Assembly (NCBI GenBank): GCA_035913795.1
Contig: JAMIIA010000174.1
Span: 50,325 to 114,324, forward strand
DNA length: 64,000 nt
Direction: 5' to 3'
From: Bacteroidales bacterium
GTDB lineage: Bacteria > Bacteroidota > Bacteroidia > Bacteroidales > UBA10428
Part shown: positions 29,101 to 37,374 of the stretch, piece by piece
Numbering within the stretch: the first letter of the stretch is position 1
Layout of the letters: each line of letters begins with the position of its first letter
Made by a program: the position numbers and the translations under genes
The notes under the pieces: model-generated
The model's input: only the letters and a program-made list of their open reading frames with translations
Database searches by the model: none
Told to the model about the DNA's origin: nothing

Positions 29101-30691
29101 AAGTGCAAAGGCGCCTATGCTTCAAAGTACAATGGTATCTTCGAATCAGGTAATTTCTAAAATGTCGCCGGTAGGATATAACCGTGTATTGGAATACGAT
29201 ACAGCTTCTACTGCTGCAAACTCGGTTGGTTATGGTGGCGAAATGGCTTTCCATTCCGCCACGGCATTTTATGCACCGGCCAACGGGTTTAACCTTACGC
29301 ATGTGATGAATTATGTGGTGCCTCGTGCCTGGCTGAACTCTAGAATAACGCTTGAGATATTGAGTGGTACCGATAATATTAATAATGCAATAGTTTTGGC
29401 CAGCCAAACAGTTGAACATAACATTTCGTCTCCCGACAATACCGGTAGCTTTTTGACAATAAAACTTGATGAAAGCATTTCTTTTTATCCGAACGAAAAG
29501 TTTTATGTGGTATTTAGATATCCTTTAGGCCTCGAATTTCCTCAAGGTTTGGGAGAGTTGGTTGTGCCTTCTGCTTCCAACAGATTCTTTTTTGGTGACG
29601 GTAAAGGTTGGTACGATTTAATTGGCCAGGGATTCGACGAACTGGGTTGGATGGTTAAAGCGCTTGAAGAAGAAGCCAATAGTGGTTCGTGGGTAGAAAT
29701 TACTTCGGCATTATCAGGAACAATTGTACCTGGTGGTTCGGTAGATGTTGGTTTGGCCTTCGATGCAGAATGGACGCAACCCGGAGACAATACTGCCAAA
29801 CTTGAAATTAATACCAACGACCCCAAAAACCTGAAGGGCCTTGCCACTCTTAAACTACTGCGCAACAAAGCGCCTGAATTTAAAAATGCCCCTGCACTTA
29901 AGCTCTATGCCACTGAGGGTGTTGTATCGAATTATACCATTGAGGCTACCGATCTGGAAGCCGATGCATTTGAATATGCACTGGAAGGCAGTGTGGAGTA
30001 TTTAACAAGCGCAGAAAATAACGGAAAATTTGAGCTTACTTTTTCGCCCGGGTTTGATGCAGCTGCACAATACAATTTTAACGTTTCTGCAACCGACACA
30101 AACGGAAACAAATCGCTATTGCCTGTATCCATTCAGCTTACAAATGTGAACCGAGCCCCGGTTGCGATTTCTGCCCTCGATGATGTTACTCTATACCTTG
30201 CAACGGGCATAGAGGTAATCCCTACGAAATCGATGTTTACCGATCCCGATGGCGATGACTATACAGTTACCGGAATAATCAACGATAACAGCATTGCCGA
30301 ATTATTTAGTTCCGAATCTAGTGTTGCCCTGCAACCGCTAACGCTTGGTAATACCTTTGTCACATTGTATGTTACCGATAGCCATGGCGCAGCAACCAAT
30401 GCTTCTTTTAATGTGGGTGTGCAAGCAGTATCTGGAACCAGGGAAATTGCGGAAGATGGATTCGAAGTGTTTCCAAATCCCGCCACTGATGTTTTCAAGG
30501 TAATGGCTGGAAATACTATATCTGGTTTGGTTACCATTTATATAATAGATTCCAGAGGCAATACCGTTTCGACCATTACTACGCAAAAGGAGGAAACCAC
30601 AATTGATATCAGAAATTTACCCGAAGGCATCTACACTCTTCAAATAATCAATGGTAAAAATCAGGTGCAAAAAGTATTTATTAAAAAGTAA
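23165..30691 (+). CDS. Very large S8 subtilase with FN3/Ig-like (ASH-type) repeats and T9SS domain
   Basis: Catalytic D (VHDVGID), H (HATHVAG) and S (GTSMACPHV); C-terminal VFPNP..LPEGIY. A signal peptide follows Met at 23165; the frame is open from 22985. Confidence 0.9.
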   Translation: MKAKFFTIRFIVFLTIASAFILSVDAQTFENGVMKGVVRVKLDPKLVTAQTGIKPFSKKGIVYTGIQQLDNVNTSIKSTSVKRVFAYSEKFEERHRKYGLHLWYEIQYSEALSATEVAKAYAGVSGVIESEPVYEKKLIDKVLSTQATDVTAWSGNFNDPYLPDQWHYNNTGQTGGTIGADINLYEAWETSTGSPKVIVSVHDVGIDYSHEDLASNMWVNQAEFNGTKGVDDDGNGYLDDIYGFNFVDNYGEITPGDHATHVAGIIGAVNNNGIGISGIAGGTNHNDGVKLMSCQIIGGYARVEESFIYAADNGAVISQNSWGYSYPGSVEQVVLDAIDYFIAEAGNFSGSLMKGGVVIFAAGNANWDADFWPGYYENVISVSALNHNNVKAEYSNYGSWVDIAAPGGDYSNGIATNVLSTLANNNYGYMEGTSMACPHVSGVAALVVAANNNQNFTNTALKNHLLTAYRLIDTITANESFAGKLGIGVIDAALAVAFDSGIAPNAIANLNVTGTSQDFATLQWSVPADGDDDKPIGFEVLYSLQNITPATIQFAKTKLIDNSQSVGILVNAEVNALIPLSTYFFAVRSIDRWGNISNLSNIVSANTNEGPNASVDRSDLSIHIDASVSLIGSDTINLLNSGQGILRWTADARHVSQIDQYNNTHIHYPKLKQPLGDKRISVSSNELTRENKIVPMGQQYEYNELNYCDYSRGLFILGETNLNYTNSSATRFFVTDANGFNLTQVQALLKQDNVFGPIVLEVYLGESIYNSRLVYAQEVYSYSKTEYQHSIDLEEQLFFQQGEYFWLVFHVPAGNLYPLGAGFELATNHSNNCFFSLNLGQSWQRLEDVYWDNRLVWAVTAISQYKTLGEYISILPDNGDIASAGAQHIEVSVDASNLVSGIYNSNIVLQTNEPEEQIIRIPINLTITGRKPIITSNDITDFGGILYGNEKTVDIAFQNEGYGPFENIAASISDSQFTIVGSPPYSISARSEQMISITFKPSAPGNSNAVLTLSDDKGNTFTFSLFGVAAQPPVIAISPADTTISGLSIGDTVTSELYLINQGNYPLKYYFPSFADGSNIDQVDKYISKFGYSSSIDTALFEWNEISSNGTKVTDEFKIDAKRFSDPVSLGFSFPFFGKPETQVFITDRFLLSFDQNTTFNVSPIRFKDQYSPDRFIGAIGLQFYPEVSGDVYYKCLPDRFIVEYKNAAMYYSDPVTWQLEYVNIDVQMVLFDNGDIGFFYNNVSSLYNSNEFNYGAYIGIEDQNIDDGLRVYDQNSNYQDGKFCPIDDSAAVIIKNPGMGIVKQLDNSFGTIQPGDSVMVNYTIETSALWQDNFTERLSIVSNDPFNNPVYSTIHLNITSGGLPEVCLNTDTLNFGDVFQTGKKALSFIAINSGSLAVDIDTMYFVQNDYVISNGQVPIELKAKHSLIFEISVLTATLGVKNDILIIKTNDGDSLQLSLLGEIIEAPIISVDLTTINETLNHGDSTLLNFTVNNTGGNNLEISPVGNDWLTVSTTKQPISYNYSMSSGKELNGPVCNWVDILQTGTEHSSTLDPFDPQKLWGTLALPFPFKFYGIDYDTIYFTLSGLLSFDNSNGSDLAWGPPNTIPSMELPNNFISPLWAFGGPAYKVYFPDAGIYTMVFSDKVVITYQDFLNNFGMGDPVSFQAILYADGKIKFQYNITGSDITSNLALIGIENQDGTKGKQASYRQWFVTDDLAIIFIPADTYEVEPAASATFDLKVSAKELYGGTYQGKLAINNNTPDTANYEIPASLTVIGEPILEAPAHIQFDTIFVYDTIDDWGMPIPKSHIREFLLKNTGTSLVSVSSIYLLQNVETVAESYVCIHDPWFGLLCSWADISTETFPVELRPGEQKSFRVRITPTGSNINLNDTLIIQSNALVNELKIPVSAFVSLPPVLNIQDNIITVIAHNSSHQENRSLNLDNTAGSANLNYSLSLKFERTGSEPSAASLSAVKTLFGESAKAPMLQSTMVSSNQVISKMSPVGYNRVLEYDTASTAANSVGYGGEMAFHSATAFYAPANGFNLTHVMNYVVPRAWLNSRITLEILSGTDNINNAIVLASQTVEHNISSPDNTGSFLTIKLDESISFYPNEKFYVVFRYPLGLEFPQGLGELVVPSASNRFFFGDGKGWYDLIGQGFDELGWMVKALEEEANSGSWVEITSALSGTIVPGGSVDVGLAFDAEWTQPGDNTAKLEINTNDPKNLKGLATLKLLRNKAPEFKNAPALKLYATEGVVSNYTIEATDLEADAFEYALEGSVEYLTSAENNGKFELTFSPGFDAAAQYNFNVSATDTNGNKSLLPVSIQLTNVNRAPVAISALDDVTLYLATGIEVIPTKSMFTDPDGDDYTVTGIINDNSIAELFSSESSVALQPLTLGNTFVTLYVTDSHGAATNASFNVGVQAVSGTREIAEDGFEVFPNPATDVFKVMAGNTISGLVTIYIIDSRGNTVSTITTQKEETTIDIRNLPEGIYTLQIINGKNQVQKVFIKK

Positions 30692-30711
30692 GTATAAACT
30701 TCAGTAGGCAT

Positions 30712-30745
30712 AAAAAAGCTGCTGCCCTTTGGCAGCAGCTTTTTT
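30712..30745. terminator. Bidirectional intrinsic terminator
   Basis: AAAAAAGCTGCTGCC cttt GGCAGCAGCTTTTTT. Confidence 0.85.
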
Positions 30746-30874
30746 ATACTATTTACCGACTTATGTTTGAAGGCTATTTCTACTTCAGACAAAAACAATA
30801 TGCAAAGCATGCGTTGAGCTTTTTAACGGCAGGTATTTCTTACTTACCATGTAATTGCGCGCATTCGAATTCCG

Positions 30875-31522
30875 CTATTGAAACTTCGACCACAATTCAA
30901 CGGGTTTAAGGCTGAATATTTCATTAAACATCAATGCAACAATTACAACGAATAAAGTAAACGCAAGAAGAATACCTATCTGCAAAACCGATATCTTTTG
31001 TATATCCTGTCTGGCTTTAACATCGCATATTTCGCCTGGGCAATACTGCGCTTTTTCTTTATAAAACCATCCATAAAACAAGCAGCCCAGACAAATGCCA
31101 AATGCCGATTCGAAAAACAGAAAAATCAGGCAAATCAGACAAATAATACCGGTAATCACACTGTACGAATTCACCACCACCATAAGTGCAAACATGCTTG
31201 CTGCGAGGATTATTCCAATAATCCAGGCAAATTTCTTTTGGGCTGCACCCACATATTCCGGATTTTGGCGTCTGACAATTAACCGGCCTAAAATTAATGT
31301 TGGTGCGTATTTGGGACTAATTAATACCCGAATCAGAAAATCAGCAAGAAAAGCCGTGATTACATATTTAATGAGTAAAAAGTTACCCTTTAGCAAAATG
31401 AGCATTAACGACAAAAAGGTAAACAAAAAAAGTATTCCGGCCGAAGCTCTTATCTCGCGTTCGTTTAATACCGGAATGGCATAGCCCTCCACGGTTTCTC
31501 CAAATTCTAACTTTTTCTTCAT
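30875..31522 (-). CDS. DUF4395 membrane protein
   Basis: NEREIRASAG, AAQKKFAWIIG and FFESAFGICLGC. Confidence 0.75.
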   Translation of the reverse strand: MKKKLEFGETVEGYAIPVLNEREIRASAGILFLFTFLSLMLILLKGNFLLIKYVITAFLADFLIRVLISPKYAPTLILGRLIVRRQNPEYVGAAQKKFAWIIGIILAASMFALMVVVNSYSVITGIICLICLIFLFFESAFGICLGCLFYGWFYKEKAQYCPGEICDVKARQDIQKISVLQIGILLAFTLFVVIVALMFNEIFSLKPVELWSKFQ

Positions 31523-31530
31523 AATTTTTA

Positions 31531-33480
31531 TTATTGGTTATATACTTCTTCTGCTTTTTTTTCCATTTGTATTTTCAGCATTTTTTTCACTTGTTCGGGC
31601 GAAATGTCTGAACTATCAATTTCGTTATTTTTTGCTGGTTTCCCTGCTAATGCGCCCAGCACCTGGATCAATGCATCGATTTCCTGTTTTGTATTTTGAA
31701 TTCCAAAGCTGATACGCACTACCCCCGGCAGTTCTAACTTGGGCAATAAACTAACAATAAATCCCTGAAACCGTTCAAGATTAGACGGAATTTTTAGCAA
31801 ATGTTTAATGAGTATGTGCGAACAATGGCATCCGCTCCTTACCCCAATACCTCCTTGTAAGGCAAGCTGTTTGGCTACCTTAAAGGGCATAACCCCTTTA
31901 AGACTAAATACAATCACCCCAACTTTGCGATGGAAATCAGCAGCTTGTGTATCACTTATTCCATAAATGGTTATTCCCGGTATTTGTTTGATTTGTTCAA
32001 GAGCATAGGCCAACACTTCCTGTTCTTCGCGATAAATCTGGTCCATGCCAATTCTCTTCAAAAGAACGAAAGCCTTTCCCATGGCTGCAATGCCACCTAC
32101 ATTTTCCTCGCCTGCTTCCTGTATATGGTTCAGTCTTTCTGCATCGAAGAAAAGCAGCCCCTTTCTTGCCACAAGCGCACCACTGCCAAAAGGGGCATAC
32201 ATTTTATGAGCCGAAAAAGCCAGAAAGTCGATTCCCCAGTTTTCAATTTCTACCTCGCGGTGTGCAACAAGCTGTGCTGCATCGACCAATAAAAGTGCCT
32301 TATAATGATGCACAATTTTACTTATCTCCTGAAGGTTGTTGCATGTTCCCAGCACATTCGAAGCGCCAGAAACCGCTACCAGTTTTATCTGTTTTTTTCC
32401 AAACTCACCGTTCAGATTAAAGGCCTTTAAAAGTGTTTCCAGTTCGTTCAAATCAATGAAACCCTTGGCATCAATTTTCAAACGTAAAAGTGTCATTCCG
32501 GGTACCATGCGCCAGGGCAACTCGTTCGAATTGTGTTCGAGCATGGTATTCAGCACAACCGGTTCAATGTCATCAGAAGAATTGTTTTTAAAACTTTCGG
32601 CAACCAGGTTGATGGCTTCTGTTGTATTCGAAGTAAAAAAAATATCAAAGTTTTTCAGGTTGAAATTCAATGCGCCGGAACAGATCGATTTTGCTTCGCG
32701 AATTATATCCTCACGAACCGGTTTGGGCTGAAACCAGCTCTGATAAAAAGTTTCAAGGATAGGCATGAAGGTTGGTGTACTTGCCGCATTGTCAAAATTG
32801 ATAAAGCGTCTTACCCCGGAAATTGTTGGAACGGTGCTATCATTTCCAATCAGCGTTTTGTTGAGTTCTGATAGCAATTCTTTCCCTGTAAATTTTTCCA
32901 GTCTGTCGCGATAAAACAGTTCTTTCACTGTCTTTTGCTCAGCAGTAATTTCCCTGAAAATGTTTGCTCCATATTTCCGAAAAATTTGAAGTGCACTGAC
33001 AAAGGCCACAATGTTTACGATGGCAGGAGTTCCGGCTTCGAATTTATTGGGTGTTTTGGACCATATTACCCAACCAGGTGCCACAAGGCGGGCAGTTCCA
33101 CCTCCGGCCTGAAATGCAATATTCGTGTTCAGAACTTTTCGTTTTACAGCCAGGGCAATTACTCCCAAAGACAAGCCGAATTCGGCAGCTGACAAACTCC
33201 GATAATTTTCGGTGCTAAGCTGAGATTTCAGTATTTCTGCAATAAGCGGGGTGCAAAAAATCACCACATGGCTTTTGCTTTTTAAACCAAGCTTTGCCAA
33301 AACAATTTCTCTTGCTTTGTCGAACAAGTGAGTAGTTACCATGGAGTGATACCCGCTTCCGCGGTGCACATTGGAATAGGTCTCGAGAACAGAATGAATA
33401 CCTGATTTTAACTGGGTGAGTGCAGATTTCTGCTTGCTATCCCCTTGTGAAGCGATATTATTATTTTCGGTTGTTATCAT
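31531..33480 (-). CDS. Class-V PLP enzyme (SufS/cysteine-desulfurase-like) with an extra N-terminal partial module
   Basis: NFDNAASTP, NTTEAIN, LEHNSNELPW, DAAQ, FSAHKMYAPFG and RSGCHCS. Start set at MITTE; the ORF track starts at 33519. Confidence 0.85.
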   Translation of the reverse strand: MITTENNNIASQGDSKQKSALTQLKSGIHSVLETYSNVHRGSGYHSMVTTHLFDKAREIVLAKLGLKSKSHVVIFCTPLIAEILKSQLSTENYRSLSAAEFGLSLGVIALAVKRKVLNTNIAFQAGGGTARLVAPGWVIWSKTPNKFEAGTPAIVNIVAFVSALQIFRKYGANIFREITAEQKTVKELFYRDRLEKFTGKELLSELNKTLIGNDSTVPTISGVRRFINFDNAASTPTFMPILETFYQSWFQPKPVREDIIREAKSICSGALNFNLKNFDIFFTSNTTEAINLVAESFKNNSSDDIEPVVLNTMLEHNSNELPWRMVPGMTLLRLKIDAKGFIDLNELETLLKAFNLNGEFGKKQIKLVAVSGASNVLGTCNNLQEISKIVHHYKALLLVDAAQLVAHREVEIENWGIDFLAFSAHKMYAPFGSGALVARKGLLFFDAERLNHIQEAGEENVGGIAAMGKAFVLLKRIGMDQIYREEQEVLAYALEQIKQIPGITIYGISDTQAADFHRKVGVIVFSLKGVMPFKVAKQLALQGGIGVRSGCHCSHILIKHLLKIPSNLERFQGFIVSLLPKLELPGVVRISFGIQNTKQEIDALIQVLGALAGKPAKNNEIDSSDISPEQVKKMLKIQMEKKAEEVYNQ

Positions 33481-33621
33481 CTGTTTTAGTTTATTTTTTT
33501 TTAACCATATAGCCTGCATTCATGGGCATGCTCAATATTTACGATAAATCGGGGCTGGCGGAGTGTGTCTAACTTAATTCATAGGTGTGGTTCAATATAA
33601 ATCTTAATTGTTCGGGCACTT

Positions 33622-33870
33622 TCACTTATTATTGTATAAGTTTAAAAACAACGCAAATTGGTATTCAAGAATGCTGATGCAGGCCTTTGTAAGCATTTTG
33701 GCCATAAAGAAAACCACCCGGAAAAACTGTAACCTTAATACAAGTGCAAAGTAGCCAAGACACACAATAGCGATTGCCTTTTCAAAAGGCTGAAGATTTT
33801 TGAATAGTATCACCATCAGCACTAATAATCCTCCAATTTCTACCAGACTTATCCGCATTGATTCTTTCAT
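33622..33870 (-). CDS. Small hypothetical membrane protein
   Basis: Hydrophobic 82-aa ORF that starts 2 bp after the upstream gene. Confidence 0.45.
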   Translation of the reverse strand: MKESMRISLVEIGGLLVLMVILFKNLQPFEKAIAIVCLGYFALVLRLQFFRVVFFMAKMLTKACISILEYQFALFLNLYNNK

Positions 33871-33872
33871 GG

Positions 33873-35366
33873 CTAATCTTTTCTTTTTACTTTTTTTAAC
33901 TCGGCAGAGGGGACCAAAACAGTACGATTATTCCACATTTCGGGTGTGTAGGCATATTCAATTTTATATTTCATGAGCAGAGGCTGTTTCACTTCTTCGA
34001 ATTTTTTTGGTTCAATTTGTTCTGTGTTGAGCACTAAGAGCTCCCACGTGCCGGCGATATCAAAATAGATCTCGAGTTGCATTTTTATTTCGCTTAATTC
34101 TTTATCGGTTAAAAACCGCTTTTGCTTTTTTACAATGGATAGTTCACGTTCGATACGTGCCGATTCCTTCTCTACGGCCGAAATATACCTGATAAGGTAT
34201 CCGTTTTTCCCTTTCTCGAAAAGTACACGACCCTTTATCATATTCATAGAATGCTCGAACCCAAGTACATCGAATTGTTCGGTCCGAACGCCGTCGGCAA
34301 ATTCGAAATGGAGCTGCAGAACCGCATAAGTTAGCATGGAAATGTACATTGTGCCTTGAAATTTTCCCCGGTTTTTCGGATAAAAGGAGATTTTATAAAC
34401 CGGTTCGTCGTTGTACATCGAAAAACCTTCTTTCTTATAGCCATACTTGGCTGGGTCGTTTATAAATTCCCAATTTTTACTTTCTAGGGTGCTGTAATCG
34501 TTTAGCAGAGAAACAATATCGGCCTTAACAATCTTGGTTTCGACTGTAAGGTTCGTAGGGTCGTTTTTATATTCTTTCCAGATCGAATCGTTCGCATCGT
34601 TTTTTTCTATTTTTTGGCTCAGTATACCCGATCGGATTTTATAATACACATCCGGTTCAGACTTAGTTTTTTCGATATCTTCGAAAAGCACACTCAACTT
34701 ACTTTCAATTTCTTTTGTAATTGCCTGGTACGATCCTTCTTCTAGCGAGATACCTTGCACAGGCACCAGTTTATAGTTTTTCTTTGAGCTGTATAAATCA
34801 ATCAGGGCATCCTGATATTCAATAAATTCGCGGGGCATTAATTCCAAAAGCTCATCGAATGTTTTTCTGTCGAGACCTACAAAATCTGATTTTTTAAGTA
34901 TTATCTTATTCTCTTCGGGGAAGGGAGTCTTTTCGTACTTATGAAAGAAAATGCTCCTTTTTTGCGGTGTATCAGGGTAATTTGACGCAAAATTTTTTCG
35001 CACCAGGGAAAGTATTTCGCGCACTTCGAGTTGTTTTGAAGATACATGCACTTCGCGAAGTTTGATAGAGGAAGGGTACATTTCTACCTGCGTAAACTGT
35101 TGAAGTTTCGAAGCCTTTATTTTCAATGTTTCATAACCCATGTAGTAGAACAATACTGTATCGTTGGGCGAAATGCCCTCCATGGCAAGTATAAATGAAC
35201 CCTCGCTGTTCGAAACGGTTCCTTTTTGCTGGCCAGAAACTACAATATTGGTGAATGGCAATGGCTCATTGGTTCTTGCATCAAGTACAATTCCCCTTAT
35301 TGGATCATTGGCTGTGAGCCGAAAGCTCAAGAAACAGAAGATTAATATAACAAACAATATTTTCAT
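33873..35366 (-). CDS. Secreted protein with CarboxypepD_reg-like N-terminal domain
   Basis: Signal peptide; GIVLDARTNEPLPFTNI..KGTVSNSEGSF..FYYMGY. Confidence 0.8.
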   Translation of the reverse strand: MKILFVILIFCFLSFRLTANDPIRGIVLDARTNEPLPFTNIVVSGQQKGTVSNSEGSFILAMEGISPNDTVLFYYMGYETLKIKASKLQQFTQVEMYPSSIKLREVHVSSKQLEVREILSLVRKNFASNYPDTPQKRSIFFHKYEKTPFPEENKIILKKSDFVGLDRKTFDELLELMPREFIEYQDALIDLYSSKKNYKLVPVQGISLEEGSYQAITKEIESKLSVLFEDIEKTKSEPDVYYKIRSGILSQKIEKNDANDSIWKEYKNDPTNLTVETKIVKADIVSLLNDYSTLESKNWEFINDPAKYGYKKEGFSMYNDEPVYKISFYPKNRGKFQGTMYISMLTYAVLQLHFEFADGVRTEQFDVLGFEHSMNMIKGRVLFEKGKNGYLIRYISAVEKESARIERELSIVKKQKRFLTDKELSEIKMQLEIYFDIAGTWELLVLNTEQIEPKKFEEVKQPLLMKYKIEYAYTPEMWNNRTVLVPSAELKKVKRKD

Positions 35367-35635
35367 TTTCTGGTTAGAATTTATTGAACCTGAAAGGCAA
35401 TAGAACCTGATAGGATCAGGTAAGTCATCAGTTGTTATTGGAACAAGAGCTGATTAATTGTATTTCCTATATGTTTTTCCATGCCTAAAATGGCTGGCGG
35501 GTAGAACCAAAAAGCTGTGCTAAGTAGAAAGGGTTTCATAATGGTTGGATTTGGTATTTCGAATCTGCTTAAATCATTCGTCCATTTTTCAGTTTTTAAA
35601 GTTTTATTCGTGCTGGATTTCAACTAATGTTTTTA

Positions 35636-36169
35636 CTAATCCGCTACAATGTTGTTGATTTCGATGTACACTTCGCCAGTTGTTTTGTAGCTCACATATT
35701 TAAAACTGTTGTTTTTACCGGCAAATACAGCACCATTGCATAGCACCAGGCTGATTGAATCGGAAGTAAAGTTTTCGAGTCTGATCTGTGCCCCCTCAGA
35801 AGCATGTATCGTGCGAATCAAAGGCATGGTAACCCTTGCATAAACCGTGTCTGTGTTGGAAAGTGACACTGTGGTGTCAATCTTTAGTACAGCAGTTTCA
35901 TTAACAATATCTATGGCTGGTATAAAAGAAGCATTGCCATAGGCTGCCAATTCAATCTTAAAATCTCTTCCCTGTCTTACTTTAACCTTCCAGTTGGCCG
36001 GTATCGAAAGACTGCTGAATGAAGGCACTTCGACCGAAGTAAATTTCAGCTCCTTGTCAGCATCCGAAACGAGGCTGCGTACATCTTTGCGTAGCACTGC
36101 CAATGCTGTAATCAGAAACAAGATTATAAAGGCTGCTGTGGATAGCAAGAGTATTTTATTTTTTTTCAT
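35636..36169 (-). CDS. DUF2807/GIN-like beta-helix protein
   Basis: N-terminal TM; FSSLSI..WKVKVRQG, ARVTMPLIRTI.ASEGA. Last gene of the GntR/ABC operon. Confidence 0.6.
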   Translation of the reverse strand: MKKNKILLLSTAAFIILFLITALAVLRKDVRSLVSDADKELKFTSVEVPSFSSLSIPANWKVKVRQGRDFKIELAAYGNASFIPAIDIVNETAVLKIDTTVSLSNTDTVYARVTMPLIRTIHASEGAQIRLENFTSDSISLVLCNGAVFAGKNNSFKYVSYKTTGEVYIEINNIVAD

Positions 36170-36211
36170 CGTTGTAATTGTTTGGTTTACAAATCATCTT
36201 ACAGTTTGTGT

Positions 36212-36610
36212 TTAGTTCCCAAGCAATCCGCCTTCGGAGCCTTTTTTGTTGTTTTCAATATAAATATGGTGATAGGCGGTAACATCCTCCATGGTAAGAT
36301 CCAGCAGGCTAAGTGCTCTGAAAAAACGGGGCAATTCCTTACTGATAAATTCCTCTTTACGCAATATTCGTGTTTTTTCTAGGCCATTTTCTTCTACAAA
36401 ATAACCAATGCCTCGTTTGTTGAAAATGATTCCTTTTTCCTGAAGATAGTTGTATGTGCGCATAACTGTATTTGGATTTACTTCGATACTAATTGCTATT
36501 TCCCTTACCGAGGGAATTCGGTCTCCCTCTTTCCACTTGCGGAGTAGAATATTCTCGCAAAAGTGATCGGCTATCTGCAAATAAATAGCCTGACTATCTC
36601 TAAACTCCAT
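36212..36610 (-). CDS. GntR-family (YtrA-type) regulator
   Basis: IYLQIAD, RIPSVRE, VNPNTVMRTY and KRGIGYFV. Confidence 0.9.
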   Translation of the reverse strand: MEFRDSQAIYLQIADHFCENILLRKWKEGDRIPSVREIAISIEVNPNTVMRTYNYLQEKGIIFNKRGIGYFVEENGLEKTRILRKEEFISKELPRFFRALSLLDLTMEDVTAYHHIYIENNKKGSEGGLLGN

Positions 36611-36611
36611 C

Positions 36612-37370
36612 TTATACCTCCTTCTCTTTTAATCCCATATAGCCAATTAGCCAGCCAAGAGGCGCCAATACCCACCAGAAAAGCCATACCGCAAATTGCC
36701 AGAACCGGTAAACAGGCATGTTGAGCAGGGCATCGTCTTTTGTAAAATAATCTTCATCGAGTGTAAACATGTCTGACAATACAAGATAAAAAACAAGTCC
36801 ACATACAAGAGCAAATAAAACCAGCGAGAGTATTGTCTTCGGGAAAACATAGCCTTTAAAGCTTGTGGCCCCGGCCAGAAAAATACCCTGGAGTACGAAG
36901 TAGTATTTTGCTGCCTGAACAGATATATGCCCGAAGGGTTCAAAAGGCAGAAAGAGTATACTACGGAAAACCACCGAGCCCAATGCATTGGCCATTGCTG
37001 CATAGACAAAATATGCAAGAGTAAATACCAGTATCCATCCCAGTGAGGTAAGTAACCACATGCAGAGAAATTTTTCGAAACCCGAAGCAGGCAATGTCAG
37101 ATATCGATAACGTTTTAGAGTATTGCTTAGATCATTAAATGCAAGACTGCTTAGGATAAACCCTCCTGTAATGAGGCTGAATGCAAAAGTTCCTTCATGC
37201 GAGTAAACCGAAAGGTCGGCATCGAAAACAATGGCAAGAATAAATCCCATTACAAACAGAAGTCCGAACACCAGGGCAAAGGTCAGCAGAATTCCTTTCA
37301 GACTTCTGAATATCTCCATTTTCATCAGAAGAAAAAACCGCGCTATATTAAAGTGATTGGATAGTTTCAT
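36612..37370 (-). CDS. ABC-2-type permease-like membrane protein
   Basis: About six TM segments and YLTLPASGFEKF; follows the ABC ATPase. Confidence 0.7.
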   Translation of the reverse strand: MKLSNHFNIARFFLLMKMEIFRSLKGILLTFALVFGLLFVMGFILAIVFDADLSVYSHEGTFAFSLITGGFILSSLAFNDLSNTLKRYRYLTLPASGFEKFLCMWLLTSLGWILVFTLAYFVYAAMANALGSVVFRSILFLPFEPFGHISVQAAKYYFVLQGIFLAGATSFKGYVFPKTILSLVLFALVCGLVFYLVLSDMFTLDEDYFTKDDALLNMPVYRFWQFAVWLFWWVLAPLGWLIGYMGLKEKEV

Positions 37371-37374
37371 GACT

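Noticed and set aside
33520-33621. Possible sulfur or SAM riboswitch upstream of the SufS-like gene
   Set aside because: No SAM-I/II or other riboswitch consensus is visible.
35435-35623. 62-aa ORF between DUF2807 and the CarboxypepD_reg gene
   Set aside because: No recognisable motif or signal; cannot be supported from sequence alone.
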